Assembly: GCA_028534125.1 (NCBI GenBank)
Contig: CM052816.1
Span: forward strand, 97,156,001-97,220,000
Length of the DNA stretch: 64,000 nucleotides
Direction of reading: 5' to 3'
DNA from: Lama glama
Lineage: Eukaryota
In this document: positions 38,895 to 51,925 of the stretch, one piece after another
How the letters are laid out: each line of letters starts with the position of its first letter
How positions within the stretch are numbered: the stretch's first letter is position 1
Notes under the pieces: model-generated
The model's input: the letters and a program-made list of their open reading frames with translations, nothing else
What the model was told of the DNA's origin: nothing
Database searches by the model: none
Program-made: the position numbers and the translations under genes

Positions 38895-39610
38895 AATAAC
38901 TACCAATACCCACTCATGAGGAGAGGCTTTATTAAAACAAAAACAAAAACACATGTTTCTGAGGATGTGGAGACACTGGAACTATTAGGCACCTTGGTGG
39001 GAAAGCAAAATGGTGCATCCACTCTGGAAAACAGTACCATGTTTCCACAAAAAAAATGAAACATAGAATTACCATGTGATTCAGCAATTGCTAGGTATCT
39101 ACCCCAAAGAACAGAAAGCAGGGACTCAAACAGACATTTGTGCACTTGTGTTCACAGCAGCATTATTCACAGTGGGCAAAAGGTAGGAACGAACCAAATG
39201 TCCCCTGACAGCGATGGATGGATAAAGAGACTACGTGTCTACACACACTGGACTGTTACCCAGTCTTTAAAAGCAGTGATATTCTGCCGCACGCCGTAAC
39301 AAGGGTGGACTCTGAAGACGTCACACTGAGTGAAATAAGCCAGACACAAAGGGACAAATACTGTATGACTCCACTGCTACGAAGTGCTCGGAGCAGTCAC
39401 ACCTTGGAGACAGAGACCGGCATGGTGGCTGACAGAGGCAGGGGTGGGGGCTTGTTGCTTAGTGGGTTCAGAGCTTCAGTTTGAAATGAAGAAAGTTCTG
39501 GACATGAATGGTGGTGATGGCTGCGGAACAATGTGAATGTGTGTAATGACACTGCACTGTACAATTTAAAATGGTTAAAACTGCGTTACGAATATTCCAA
39601 CACAGTAAAC
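38895..39610 (+). mobile_element. L1MB-like ORF2 end and 3'UTR
   Basis: gaggatgtggagacactggaact ... aacatagaattaccatgtgattcagcaatt ... agtgaaataagccagacacaaagggacaaatactgtatgactccact. Confidence 0.85.
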
Positions 39611-40149
39611 AAATAGGGTGGTCCCGTCAGCCTGGTAGCATGCGGAATACAGCTCTGTCTTTGCTCTTTGTGCAAGAGTACACGGCTGACGGCTTCACTC
39701 TGAAGGGAAGACTGGCTCCTCTGATGGTGGACAGAAGCCGGGTGGGGGAGCCCTCTGGTCCAGAAGAACCAGGGCTGCTGAATGGCTCTCCATTCAGATG
39801 GTGCTATGTCACCACCTCCACTTCTCCCACGGTCCCCCGCAGGGGCAGAGCTCACGGATGCGGCCTCACCGTCCAAGAGGAAACACTGCTCTGGTTGCTC
39901 AGAGACAGAGTGCCTAACCAGGCGATGCTGGGAAGGAGAATGTGAGAATGGGCGGTGGACCCCACCTCTTGCTGACGACCTCTCCTCATGCTTCCTGTGT
40001 CAAAACGTCAAGTGGACAGGCTGAATGTAGATGTCCTAAGCTGACCCAGAAGTTACTTGACAGCAGGGAGATCCCAACTGTATGCACGAACCTATGATGC
40101 AACGTGCAAAGGGTTCTGGTGGGGGAGGTGTGAGCACTGTGGGGGCACG

Positions 40150-41060
40150 TGGGAAGCACACCCCACACAGGCTCTGATCAGATCACCTTTAGAAAGATCA
40201 CTCTGGCTGCAGCAACCTGGAGACAGGCAGGTCAGCGAGAAGCCTACCCGTCAGTCCTGCGGAAGATCTGTAATCGGGGAAATGGAGAGAACTGAACAGA
40301 TGTGGGAGACACACAAAGAGGAGAATCAGTCAGGCTTTGTCAGCAATTAGATGTTGTCGGGGCGGGTCTGGGAGACAAAAGGATTAAGGATAAAGACACA
40401 CTGGGTTCGTACAACCCAAGTCAAGCTTGCAAGGGAAGGTGAACTAGCTCCACTTTGGTTATGTTGAGTCTGAGGGTAGCTGTCAGTGCAACACCCAAGA
40501 GGAATCCACCCACTACGCAGGTGCTTACGGAAAGCCGTGGTTGAGTTCTGTGCCTTAGCGTCTTGGTGATGGTCATGAAAGTCCTGGGTGAGAGCTAGAG
40601 AGAACAGAGGAGTCGGGAGGGAGCCCTGAAGTGCTCTCATTTACAGGAGAGGCTAGATTTAGGGAAGGGAAAACACAAAGGAGACTGTAGGGAGAGAAAA
40701 AGGGGATGCAATGCCATGGAAGCCAAGGGCCTCTGTAGAATGCTTTAAGTGCGAGGCCAAGGTGAACAGGCCCAAGGGTACCTGAACAATTAATGAGATA
40801 AGGATGTAGAAGGAAGTAATGCTCAGATTTGAGAACGTAAGACAGCTGAGGGTGAATTAAGGAAGAATGAGCACTGTGTCGGGGTGGGGGTTAAAGCCGG
40901 AGAGCGGTGATTCGAGGAGGGGGAGAAAATAAGGAAGTCTAATCAGAGAGAGTGTGAAGAAAATCTTTCTAGAACCTGGGGCCATGGAATTCTTGGGAGA
41001 AAGAGGTAATTTCAGAGTTGGAGGGCGGCACTGGAGCAAGGGGTACGTGTTTGTTTTCAA
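40150..41060 (-). mobile_element. L2 fragment
   Basis: tgatcagatcacctttagaaagatcactctggctgcag and the purine-rich continuation are typical of antisense L2. Confidence 0.65.
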
Positions 41061-41616
41061 AGACGTGACTGGCTTGTGAATGTTCCCGCACTAGTAGGGG
41101 GGCTTCAGAGGGAGCAACTGGGAGGGGCTACATTTACATCTATAGATTCTCCTCCACTTTCCCCTCACCCTACTTATTACTATTACTGCTGCTGTCATCA
41201 GTCAGTAAAGAACTAGGACATTTTATCAACAGGGAATGAATACTTCATTGAATGAATCATCAAAGCAGAACTAAAAGTTATTAACTGATCTTCTTGGTCT
41301 ATAAACCTAATAATTCTCATTAAAAATCCCTCAGGTATCTACCGAACCAACTGCATTAGCCATGCGTGTGTCTGCTTTTCTGCTTAGTATACCTGTCCTG
41401 TTTCAGGACGAAAAAGCTGTATGTCTTCACAGTTCTTTAAAAAAATAATTGGTACTCCATGCCATTTAAGCTTTTGTAATTTCTAAGTATGTAGGTTACT
41501 TTAGGATCCAAAATGCATTTTATGAATTTAGATTTAATTCAACGCTGCAGACATATTCCAGACAATCTCTGAAGGCAGCTTCAGCTGAAGCTGCCTCACT
41601 CATCCTTCGCCTTAGT

Positions 41617-42118
41617 GTGGTCGTCGGCTTCCAAGACGGCCCCAGGGGTCCTCGCCTTGCGGTCCTCACACCCTGTACTGTCTTCTCCTACAGTGGACAG
41701 GGCCGACTTGCGTAACCAACAGGATACGGCAGAAATGACCGGAAGTGATCCTCCAAGGCTGGGCCATTAAAGATACTGCAGTTTCCACCTGGCTCTCTCT
41801 TGGATCCCTCCCTCTGAGGGAGCAAGTGGCCACATTGGGAGGACACTCAAGCAACCTGACAAAAGGCTGCATGATGAGGAACTGAGGCTTCCAGCCAACA
41901 GGAAGTTACCTGCCAACCACACGAGAAGCCACGTCGGAAGCAGATCCCCCAGCAGCCCCGGCCAACATCTGGCCTGCAGCCTCATGGGAAGGTCTACGCC
42001 AGAACTACCTGGCTAAGCTGCTCCCAAGCTCCAACCCACAGAAACTGTGGGATGTTTAATGTTCTTTAAAGCCACCAAGTGTTGAGGTAATTGTTATGCA
42101 GAAATTGACAAGCGATAT
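41617..42118 (+). mobile_element. MaLR solo LTR (MLT1F-like)
   Basis: tgtggt...ttccaagacggcccc start; gaggaactgaggcttccagccaaca; cccacagaaactgtg...taaagccaccaagtgttgaggtaattgttatgcag end. Confidence 0.8.
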
Positions 42119-42479
42119 GGACATTATGCAGACCCCTTGTCAACGGCCTGAGACTGGTGGTGTCTTCGACCATTTTTATAGGTCTGTCGATACTGGATTA
42201 TACCACAGCTGCTTAAAGATAGTCTGTGATCCTGTTTCAATACAGATGCATTTATCTTTACATATTTTGAATACCAATAAGCGACTTAAAAATATTTCCC
42301 GAGATGGAAGGGGTATTGCTGATTTTAAGACAGTTAAGGCTGCAAAGAGCAATTTCTAATGCATCTTGTCAGAAAACGTGAATTTTTAAAAATTATATAT
42401 ATGTAAAATGCTTAAAAACCTGAAAGCAGGCCAATGTTTTAAATAATTTTACTTCTAACATGTGTGGATAAACGCTCTA

Positions 42480-42515
<36 letters not shown>
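42480..42515. repeat. Compound (TG)n(TA)n microsatellite
   Basis: Directly visible. Confidence 0.95.
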
Positions 42516-43013
42516 CAGAGGGAGAGATCTGTCCTATTATTCCAAAAAATGGTGATGACTTTAAAAACTTTTTTTTTACTACTGATTCCTCATTTGGTCA
42601 ATGAGTGTTTCTTAGTTCCTACTTGATACACAACTTTTATTCTGTTACCTCAATCTCATTATGCGTTTCTTAACGGATATGAGCTCTCTGTGTGCTTGGG
42701 CGATAGCTTTTTCTAAAATCGCATGTCAAATTGAGATCTGTCTTAGTAATGTATTTAAGCTGCAGTTAAATCTGTTTCTTATGAATAAAATTCAAAAATC
42801 CTTGACCTGAAGTTGCCAGACCGGAAGGCAGCATTGTGCTTGGAAAAGGTCTGGACTTGGGGGCAAAGGGCCCAATTCCAATTCTAGATGATGCTCAGCA
42901 CATTTCAGTCGTTATCTGTGGTTGTTGTTACTAAACTACTGAATTCGGGGGGAGCAGCTCTGACAACTAAAGGAATAACATAATGGATGAGGCCACATGA
43001 ACCCAAGTTACTT

Positions 43014-43168
43014 TTTTTTAACCTCTTTTTTGGTTTTGTTTTATTTTGGAGGAAGCAGGGGGAGGTAAATTAGATTTATTCATTTATCTTAATCAAGGTA
43101 CTGAGGGTTGAGCCCAGGACCTCGTGCGTGCTAAACACGTGCTCTACCACTGCGCTATACCTCCCCTC
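43014..43168 (-). mobile_element. tRNA-Ala-derived SINE, camelid Vic-1 type
   Basis: Same tRNA-like head and tail as the 30547 copy. TSD caagttactt at 43004-43013 and 43171-43180. Confidence 0.85.
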
Positions 43169-44036
43169 AACAAGTTACTTACTGAGATGACCCAGCCGCC
43201 ACTGCAATATCATCGAATAGATGAAAGAACACCCCACCCCCAACCAGAGAAGTGCTATCAGGAGCAGGTGGGCACAGAGAACGGCGAGGACCAGGGCACC
43301 CACTTCTGGAGGGGCCCACCTTGCAGCTAGAGTTGGACAAGGAGCGTGGGGGGAGCACCCTCTCCAGACTGAAGTGAGGGTCCACACGGCTCCTCTCTAG
43401 GGTTCGGGGGCAAGAGGCCCTCCGCCACCCTCCTCCCTTTCCACAGTCCCACGCCAGTTTTCCAGTCACTGGGATCCCAGGAACGGCTCCCTGGGAAGCA
43501 GACATGACCGTGCCACTCTTAGAAGAGCAGTAACTTTCACTAGCATCTAACTAAGGTGCACACTGGCTCCCCATCACGCGGGCACTGGTTGGCCAGAGCC
43601 CAGAAAGCCATCTCTCCTGACAGGCAGCAGGACACCCAGCTTCCCTGGAGAGTGCTGGCTCCCCAAGCCCCGCCCCTGCCGAGTCCACCGTGAGGAACCA
43701 GTCCTTGTGCCCAGAGCCCACTGACTCTCTAATCTCACGGCAGCACTGAGTCCTGGGTTCCAGGCACACCGTGAGATCTGACCAGGAAGTTCCCAGAATA
43801 AGGACCCCACTGTCCCCCTCTCTCCCGTTTGTGACTAAAGGTCACAAAATGCAGTAAAGTAGAGGAACCCATTTCCTTATCTCAATGTGAAGGCCTGAGA
43901 GGCAGCGCACCGGTGGGTGGCGTGGTACCCTCTCCTCCCCGCTCCTCTGCACGCAAAGGCGACCAGTTGCAAAGGACGCGCGACACCGGGAGATGCGGGC
44001 TCCCGCTGCCCGCGCCCGGCCCGGCGGCCAGCGTAC

Positions 44037-44185
44037 CTGACGTTGGTGTGGCGCTTGACGTACAGGTTGTGGAAGTTGTTGGTGTTCTCCATCTGGCCGG
44101 CCTTGGGGCCCTGCAGCCGCTGGATGATCTCCGCTTTCATTTCCATGGCGATGTGCGCTGGGAGCAGGGACAGCAGAAGCCGCTC
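44037..44185 (-). CDS. ADCY2: Adenylate cyclase 2, exon 5 (149 bp), helical linker and start of C1a
   Basis: tttcag|GAG CGG ... AAC GTC AG|gtacgc. Encodes ERLLLSLLPAHIAMEMKAEIIQRLQGPKAGQMENTNNFHNLYVKRHTNV(S). Ends in phase 2, matching the next exon. Confidence 0.97.
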
Positions 44186-47149
44186 CTGAAACAGGGCGTG
44201 GGGCAAAGACCAAGAGCTGTCGCACAGCGAAGGTCACATTCAAGTGCTACTTGAAATCATCCCTGATTGTAGTGGGGCCAATGTGAGTACTCTTTCCAAC
44301 AAGTTAAAATACAGACTCTAGAAACACGTATTGAAAAACAAATCAGATTTTCTAAGGTCAGAGTGTGTTATTTATCATTTTTTGAGTTCTAAGCATGTGC
44401 TCTTCAGTGTGGAGAAAAAGGAAGGCATACTTATTTCCCCAAAGATATTATTTATCTATTTTGATCTTAAGGTAGTGAAGCAGAAATAATATTAAAATTC
44501 CAGAAACCAGTGGTCAGTCTAAAATAGAAAACACTCATTTTCGCCAGCTTGTTCATTTGAGAGATAAAGTACAAGCTTTATTGCACTTTAGAAAGTCAGC
44601 CGATAGTCCACATTCCCTAAATAAGATAGTTACACATTCTCAAATATTTCATTTTCTCTGTGGTGACCACCCACTCCTCTTTAGTGACTCTAAGCCAACA
44701 TACAGACAGAGACGAAAACATTAGCTTCTTTAAACCGTCGTCAATAAGAAACCACAGGTGGGACACAAAGAAATGATGGCGAATGAGCTTTTCTTGTATT
44801 TTTAGTCTTTAAATTCAGTAAACCTGGTACATAGTAACACACGATATTGCACATATTTGAGTATGTGCTTATTTTCGTTAAATGGCACATTTCCATTCTC
44901 TTCAAAGAAACTGCAATTTTTTTGAGAAAAATTATCAGAGAAGGGCAATCTTTGAAGTTTATATCCATCCTAGAGTATTTTCAACATCAATCTCTTAGAG
45001 GAAACATCCTATTCTCCAGGTATTGTGAATTTAGCAGCTGGTATTCAGTGTGTATAAACAAACATTTGTGGAATGAAATATTCTCTTTCTTCCACATTTT
45101 CTTTTTCTTTTTTTTAAATTTTTTTTTCTTTTTGTGGAGAAAGTGGTGAGAACGTGGGGCGGGGTGGGGGGAGTTGGGCTTCACTCCCAGGTGTCTGTCT
45201 CCTGGGCCCACCCACAGCGCACATCACTTTGGGGGCTGTTGCAAACTTTCACCAAAGGAGCAGAGAAGAGGCCAGGAGGGCACCTTGATGAAGATGAAAT
45301 GACCACAGCTCATGCCCATCCTGCTCCAGGGAAAGACAGGGGCAAAGTCAACAGGAGACTGAGTCTGGCTGTGGGGGACCGCAGTGCATGGCAGGCAGGG
45401 AGGTCTTCTCCGTAAACTGGCGTAACTTTGTTCGTTCATTCATTGATTTGTTCACCCAGTCAGAAAACATCCATCATTGCCCAGGAAATGTCAGGCCCCT
45501 TGATAAGCACTCGTGGTAAATGCAAAGACGAATGAGACAGTGTCCCTGACACCACGCTGTTTATGACCTGGGAGGGGGCCCACCCCCAGGGCACGGCTGT
45601 CAGATGAGGCGAAAAGCACAGGCTGGTGTTCAGAGGAAGCCACAAGCCCGGGACCTAGGAATACAGAGAGAAACGTGCAGACCAGGAGCACGGGCTCTGA
45701 CCCGCATTCTCCCGGGGGCTCTCTGCGTGTGAGCCAACTGCATCAAAACCACAGCCCTATCTGCTGGGTGTTATTCCGAACCTCCTTGTAACAGAGGCAA
45801 AAAGAGGCAGTTAGGTAAAGGGTGGGGAACTAACACTTGTCATAGCACCTGACACAAGCCAAAGGGAATTTTATTGGTACTTAAGAAAGTAAGAGAACAC
45901 TTTATATTTAATAATTATCTTTTTACTTTTTGTTAAATTCCCCTTGATGTTTCCTTATAAATTAAGACATGAAATGTAGAAATCAAAAATCTGTAATAAG
46001 GTAAATGTCCATGGTTGATGACCCAGTGTGTACACGAGTACCCGTCTGACCTCGGGATCCACATGAAGACAATGGGATTTATTTTTTAAATAAATGGTAC
46101 TTTACCACCTTTTGTAATCTTAATATAAAGAGCTATTCCATTACCTACTCATCTTTTGCTGTCCGCCTGCCAAATACATATATTTGCCTTATCTTCAATT
46201 CTTCAATGGTTTACTTTCCATGACAAATCAGTGGTTAGACACTTGGGAAGTCTGAAGTCATAAACCACGTGATATCTTCACGGAAGGCCTGAGATGACAG
46301 ACTTTGTCCCTTAAAGCCTGGAACTGAGTTAATGCTAATGCTGCATTTCCTTCAGCCCATTTCAGTGGCTGTTAGTCACACTGGTCCTGTTGAGTAACCC
46401 TGAATGGATGGTCCCCGCTTCCTCTTTCTGTTCACTGATCCCTGAACTGGATGATTGGGTGTGAGGTCAAATGTTACAAAGGAGTCATAACGTTCAAGAC
46501 CTAGGAAATGTAGTGAGGAAGGTACAGCACTGCTGTCAACAAAAATCAGGCAACCCCGTCTGGTCACACTCTCGGACAAGAACAGAGCAGCCCCAGACGG
46601 GAGCAAAAGGACACATGTTACTCAAAGATGCCATCAAACCCCTGTCATCATCAAAGCAGGTAGACACTGAATACAAATTTGCTAACTTCTAAAACAGTGA
46701 CAAGAAATGCTGGCATGCAGGAAGTAGCAGACTATGAATCTGGCCTAGGCTGTCTGTTTAGAAGTCTTGGTGGAGTCTGCGTGTCTACAAAGATGTCTGA
46801 TGATTGGATTAAGCAGATTAAAATCAATTTTGTGCTCTTTCTGACAGGTGATGGATGAGTTAAGGGCTAAGAGAAAACAACACGCACCAGGTCCCAGTGC
46901 TCAGCTTACATCACTCTGCTCGACTGTCGTATGAGGATTACTGTGTCTTCCCGTGAATTCAGTGCGGTCTCCTGATGGACTTCACGCTCTCAGTACGCTC
47001 TCCCAATGTTTATTCTCAGTTCTAGTCATGCTTTCTGGAGCCGATGCTGTCGGTGTCCTGACCATGTTCCCTCTCCCTTCCCTGCGGCTTGTTCCCTTCT
47101 AAATCTATAGTTTTCTGTGTCTTAATCAATGAGGACGTAATGGATGGAT

Positions 47150-47386
47150 AAACACCCCAGCTTCTGCACCCACACCCCTCAGTGGGCAGATGTGAGCATC
47201 TTCCACACTTCAATCAGAGGGTGTCCAGATGGACCGAGCCCCTGTTGCCACCAGTGTCCCCTTTCAATACCTGACCTCCCTCCCTGCCCAACTCCTTTGC
47301 TCTGCTACCTGGAACCATTTCCCAACTAAACGACAATACCCACATCCTTATCTTAGGGTCTGCTTGGGGTAACCCTAACTGAGACG
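47150..47386 (+). mobile_element. ERVL LTR16/LTR33-like fragment
   Basis: Ends atccttatcttagggtctgcttggggtaaccctaactgagac, resembling the LTR16-family 3' end. Confidence 0.6.
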
Positions 47387-47668
47387 TCTCTAAGCACCTT
47401 CTCTCTTCCTCCTGCATTCTGTAATAAGAATACACTAAACCCCAAAGCACACAAAGCCAGCCTTTCCTGAAAGACAGTTTCCATGAACAAAAAAGATGGA
47501 TTGAATATAGTAATCCTCTTTCATGCCCCTGGTTTCATTTAATGACCAAATGTAAATGATGATCTTTATTTTAGTCCCAAGTGTTGACAGACGACTGGCT
47601 TTTTATAAGCAGTTTGAAAAAAGCAGGAAATAAACTCCATATGTTGTGTAAACCAAATTTTCTTTTGC

Positions 47669-47688
47669 GTGTGTGTGTGTGTGTGTGT
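47669..47688. repeat. (GT)10 microsatellite
   Basis: Directly visible. Confidence 0.95.
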
Positions 47689-49911
47689 TAAAGAATCTGT
47701 GTGAAGTTAGACTGGAATAAAGATTTTGGTAACAGCCAAAGAGCCAAACAGAGAAGACCCAAGTCTTCTCTGCTACCACGTGATGCCAGGACCGCTGGTG
47801 GAGGGCGAGACCTGTGACCAGAGCTCAGGACGGGGTCCGTGCTTTGGGGTCTGCACGTGCCCTCCTAGCGATCACAGCGCTGGGTAACGGGGAAAGCCTC
47901 AAACAAAAGCCTGCGCTCCCATGTGGTGAGTCAGGACGCTGTTACCTGTGTCTTTCTTCCCTTGTAAAATGCTGTGCTCTCAAAGCAAAGCCCAGTACTG
48001 TGGCACACACGATAAATTTCAACTCAGTTCATAATCTGACAAGGTTAATATTCCCATTAATATTTCAGCTTTTTGCTAATGTAGCTGTGTGCCTGCCAAA
48101 TTATCTGAAAGCGACACACAAGCTTAAGTGCTTAATATATCAGATATAACCCAGCTACATAATCTCCAAGTCCACTAGAGACCGTCTTTAAGGGGTCTTT
48201 TGGAAAATCAAGTTGTCACAAAACTGATGGATATGTACCATTACTGTTCATTTCTCTTATTAAAAAAGACTGTCTAACTACAGAGAATTTGGCTAATTCT
48301 GGCCTATTCAAAGGTTATCCAATGAACCACTTGGCCCCAGTTTGAGAGTTCCGCTTCAACACATCCCTTTATTAAACCTCTAATTATTATTCATTAGCAA
48401 TAAATTTTTCTGAGAACTTATTTTATAAAATTGTGCCTCCTAGAAAAGCTACAGAGGTCATAAATTTCAACGTGTTATTGATCAAAATTCAGGACACTCT
48501 GCACTCTGAAGTGTTTCTAACATAATGAAGCAAAGTACATGTTTAACTTTATATTTTATACTGTTTTTGAGCTTACTTCGGTTGACAAGAAAATACAATT
48601 TAAGCCAAGAAGACCTGAACTTAAAATTTGAGCTAAGATACAATGATGTACATTATGTCCTGTTCCTTCATTAAACCAAGGCATGTAATAGTTAAATCTG
48701 CTGTGCTTTCTAAAGGGAGGTTGACAATGACATGCTCTTTCACAAGAATTAAACGTTTTTTCTCCTTCAAGATTCTCATTCCTATTTAGTTCTTATTTTA
48801 AATGCAATTCAATTACATCAGGAAGCCAAACCAATGCAATGAATAGAAGAAATTTTGTTTTAAAATGTTCTCCTCCCAACAGAAAGTAGCTACCAGAATA
48901 TACAGACACCAGATCCCTCAAGAGCCACTGCATCACATGTGATGCGGAGACAGATGACGCCGTTCAGTACTGTCTTGCACTATGAATGGACCATGTGTCC
49001 ACTTGGAATCAAATGCTGAAAACTCTGTGCTTGGGAAACACCTGCCAGGGATGTGACTGTAAGTCGGTGTCTTCCCCGAGCTCATGCATCCTCCTGCCGC
49101 CAGCCTCACGTTTGCAGGCTTCAGAGAAGCAGCAACCTCTGGCACCAACCTCTGTCGCCCGCACAGCTCCACAGTGAAGTTCCAGCAACTGCTGCTCATG
49201 TTGCTGCCTCCTGTTCTAAAATGTAGTTTGTTTCTCTTAGGTCCTTCCTTTGAAATCTTGCTTCACTCACTCAATCAATCAGAAAACACTGAATACTCTT
49301 ACTGTTTGAAAGGTCTTGCTTTTTCTTTCTTTGAGTTTTATAAAAACAGTCAGTCATCATATTCATGTATGATACAAAGCAGCAGCACTTTGGAGCAGAA
49401 ACAGCACCTACGTAAGAGCAGACATGAGCTCCCGCCACTCCTCTGCCACCCCTCTGCCACCGTCCAGGAGACCTCAGCCACACCACTCCAGCCTTTCAGT
49501 CCCAGTTTGGCTGCCTAGAAAATGTCTACTGGACCCGCTGAGTTGGAGGTCTCTGTGTCCATGTAAGTTCCTAGAATTTTATGGAACCATAAAAGGTCCT
49601 TTCTAGAATTTACCCTTCATTGTTTAAGAGTTCAACAATTAGTGACATAGAGTAAAGACTCCAAGTGCTCCAAGACAAAAGACTGCAAGAAGGACTGTGA
49701 GAAAGGAGAGAACACTTGGGGTCTTAACAAAGAAGACAAGGAGGAAGCTGGGGTTTCACTGTTCTTGAAGAGTGGCTCCAATGAACTGGAGGAGGATGAA
49801 TAAGAACCAAGAGCTATGGTGTGCCAGGTTAATGGCCAGTGTTTGTGTGTGGAGGGTTGTCGATTTCACAGGAAGACTGCAATGCTTTGTGCAAAGTAAT
49901 ATCAACATACT

Positions 49912-50370
49912 ATGGAAATGTGTGGTATGCATATATAATGGAATACTACTCAGCCATAAAAAGAGTGAAATATTGCCATTTGCAGCAACATGGTTGGACC
50001 TAAAGATTATCATGCTAAGTGAAGTAAGTCAGACAGAGAGAGGCAAATATCATATCACTTATATGTGGGATCTAGAAAAAGACATAAATAAATTTATTTA
50101 CAAAATAGAAAATAAAGTTACAGTTAAAAAGGGGAAAGGGGGCAGGGATAAATTAGGAGTTTGGGATTAGCAGATACAAACTACTATATACAAAATAGAT
50201 AGACAACAAGGTCTTACTATATAGCACAGGGAACTGTATCGATAGCTTGTAATAACATCTAATGAAAAAGAACATGAAAAAAGAATACATATATGTACAA
50301 CTAAGTCACTGTGCTGCACACCAGAAAGTGACACAACATTGTAAATCAATTATACTTCAATACAAATAAA
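49912..50370 (+). mobile_element. Artiodactyl-type L1 3' end
   Basis: atggaatactactcagccataaaaag ... tatagcacagggaactgtat ... acaacattgtaaatcaattatacttcaata. The ORF track shows ILPFAATWLDLKIIMLSEVSQ. Confidence 0.88.
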
Positions 50371-51609
50371 ATCAATATGCATTTCAACAAATCACTGTTC
50401 CCTTTTACAAAACAGTAAGTCCTTTCATTGCATACATATATTGTTGTCTCACTTTATAAACCCTGGTCACCTTTGATTTCACCTAAACGTAAATATTTTT
50501 GACCATAAAAAAGGCAAAACAGATACAGGTGTGGCTCAGAATGGGTATGGAGAGGTGGTGTTCACTAAGAAGTCATGAGCAGATGAAACTTGTATCTTCC
50601 AGTTTTATGACCACTAACTGCTCGTTCCATTCACTCTGATCTGTAAGTTCAGTGCGAGGGTGGAGACGACCAAGATGCTTTTAGAGAGCAAGGCATTAAG
50701 AGAGGGTGGAAAGAAATAAATTTTCATCTACATGCGCCTACTCTCCAGTTAGGAGAAGTTAGAGAACAAAAGCCTAATCAAGGCAAATTATAAATTATGT
50801 CTGTAGTCACAGGTGGCAGTAAGTTGATACTTCCAGACTTGAATGGTGTATAATCAACCGTCAATTCAACTCCTCAAAATAGAGCCTCTAGTGGAAAAAA
50901 CATCACTCATAAAGTAGTCGCTCCAAGGATGGGAGAATATGGAAGTCTTAAGATAAGAGGCACATCTCTGTTCCCTTGACCAGCAGCAGTGCACACGGCT
51001 GCACATGGCACCCAGAGCAAGATGACTGCAGGGCCCCTGAGCATCACATGTACCTCTCAGGCTGGTGACCCCACAAGGTCTGACCCAACACAACTCAACA
51101 CCAGTGCTGCTGAATCACCCAAAGGGGATCTCATCGTGCAAACAGGCCTCCATACTCACGTGCTGTAAAGAAAAAAAGTCAAGTGCTCCAGAGTGATGTG
51201 GATTCTGGTATGACTTGCCTCTCAAAGGTCCTCTGCCTATATGCAAGGAATACCATCCAGCCCGAAACAGGCAGAGCCAGTTGAAGAAAATGGCAGAGAA
51301 ATGTGCGAAGACTGACCACACTACTGGATTTTGGGGGGAAAACCCACCTCATGACATATAGGTGGCCGGGTGATTTCTTCTGAAAAGAAGGAAAGATGAA
51401 GATGCTAACAGCACCATGGACAGAGGAGACGATAAGACGACACAGAAAGACGTTAGTATGTGGGATCCATTGCGTTAAATATCACAAAGAGTAAAATGGA
51501 ATATTTAAACATTCAAATGCAGTCCCTCAGTGACACTGATGCCCAGATGACAATGTGGTTATAAACACACAACACTTGCAGTAATTCAACTGTTTTCCTG
51601 AATCAGGTG

Positions 51610-51925
51610 TTGACCCTCTATTTCCTCACCCCACTGACCATAAGCTTGGCCACATGGCTTAGTCTAAATTATGAGATGTGGCGGGCATGACACGTGCTTC
51701 TTCTGAGCAGAAGCTTTAAGAGCCAGCCTGGGGCTCACCATGCTTTTGTTGCCCTCTGTTTTGGGGACCAGCAATGTCCCAGGTAGAGGCTGCTATGAAC
51801 CTGGGACCCCTGTATGATGCAAAGTGGGAGCCCACCGATCCTGGACAAATACAAGGGAGACAGCATTGTTCTTTCCACTTTGATCTGGGGGTGATTTTCA
51901 CTCCAGCTATGCAGGCAGAAGCAAC
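51610..51925 (+). mobile_element. Old MaLR LTR (MLT1I/J-like)
   Basis: cttggccacatggctt ... tgacacgtgcttcttctgagcagaagctttaagagccag ... gaggctgctatgaacctgggaccc. Confidence 0.6.
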
